Source of the DNA: Escherichia coli | GTDB lineage: Bacteria > Pseudomonadota > Gammaproteobacteria > Enterobacterales > Enterobacteriaceae | Length of the DNA: 64,000 nt | Assembly (NCBI RefSeq): GCF_048403405.1 | Contig: NZ_CP183129.1 | Reading direction: 5' to 3' (one strand) | Made by a program: the position numbers and the translations under genes | In this document: positions 63,988-64,000 of the stretch, in pieces | How positions within the stretch are numbered: the first letter of the stretch is position 1 | Layout: each line of letters opens with the position of its first letter | The notes under the pieces: generated by a model | Database searches by the model: none | The model's input: the letters and a program-made list of their open reading frames with translations, nothing else | Told to the model about the DNA's origin: nothing

Positions 63988-64000
63988 CCATTCGAACTCT

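Noticed and set aside
1-64000. Search for transposases, IS elements, prophage genes, restriction-modification or other defence cassettes
   Set aside because: None seen; every ORF over about 100 aa is accounted for by recognised chromosomal genes or their antisense shadows.

Overview
This window reads as a contiguous stretch of Escherichia coli core chromosome, syntenic with and inverted relative to the K-12 aspA-to-fdhF region (about 93-94 min); gene identities were recognised from the supplied translations and recalled K-12 proteins, with no search run. Gene order: aspA, dcuA, cutA, dsbD, yjdC, tRNA-Phe (pheU), cadC-cadB-cadA, dtpC, lysU, ghoT/ghoS, yjdJ, yjdI, dcuS-dcuR, dcuB, fumB, yjdF, melB/melA, melR, adiA-adiY-adiC, eptA-basR-basS (with pmrR convergent), proP, yjcZ-crfC(yjdA), yjdM(phnA), yjdN(phnB), phnCDEFGHIJKLMNOP, yjdP, an rpiB remnant, yjcS, ytcA-mdtN-mdtO-mdtP, and fdhF. 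I found no mobile elements, integrases, CRISPR arrays or foreign gene blocks, and no convincing previously undescribed system. Every ORF over about 100 aa is either a recognised gene or an antisense shadow of one. The main departures from the K-12 layout as I recall it are: (1) rpiB is reduced to a rearranged 105-codon remnant and the alsR-alsBACEK allose operon expected between rpiB and yjcS is absent; (2) phnE is an intact 259-codon ORF, so the 14-gene phosphonate operon looks complete; (3) a 25-bp unit is tandemly repeated about 3.2 times across the phnP stop codon. The least characterised loci, and so the best places to look for new biology, are the dynamin-like crfC-yjcZ pair, the yjdI-yjdJ-ghoST cluster, and yjdP with its 21-bp/heptad periodicity. 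Coordinates for starts were refined by hand where the ORF track began at an upstream in-frame codon.
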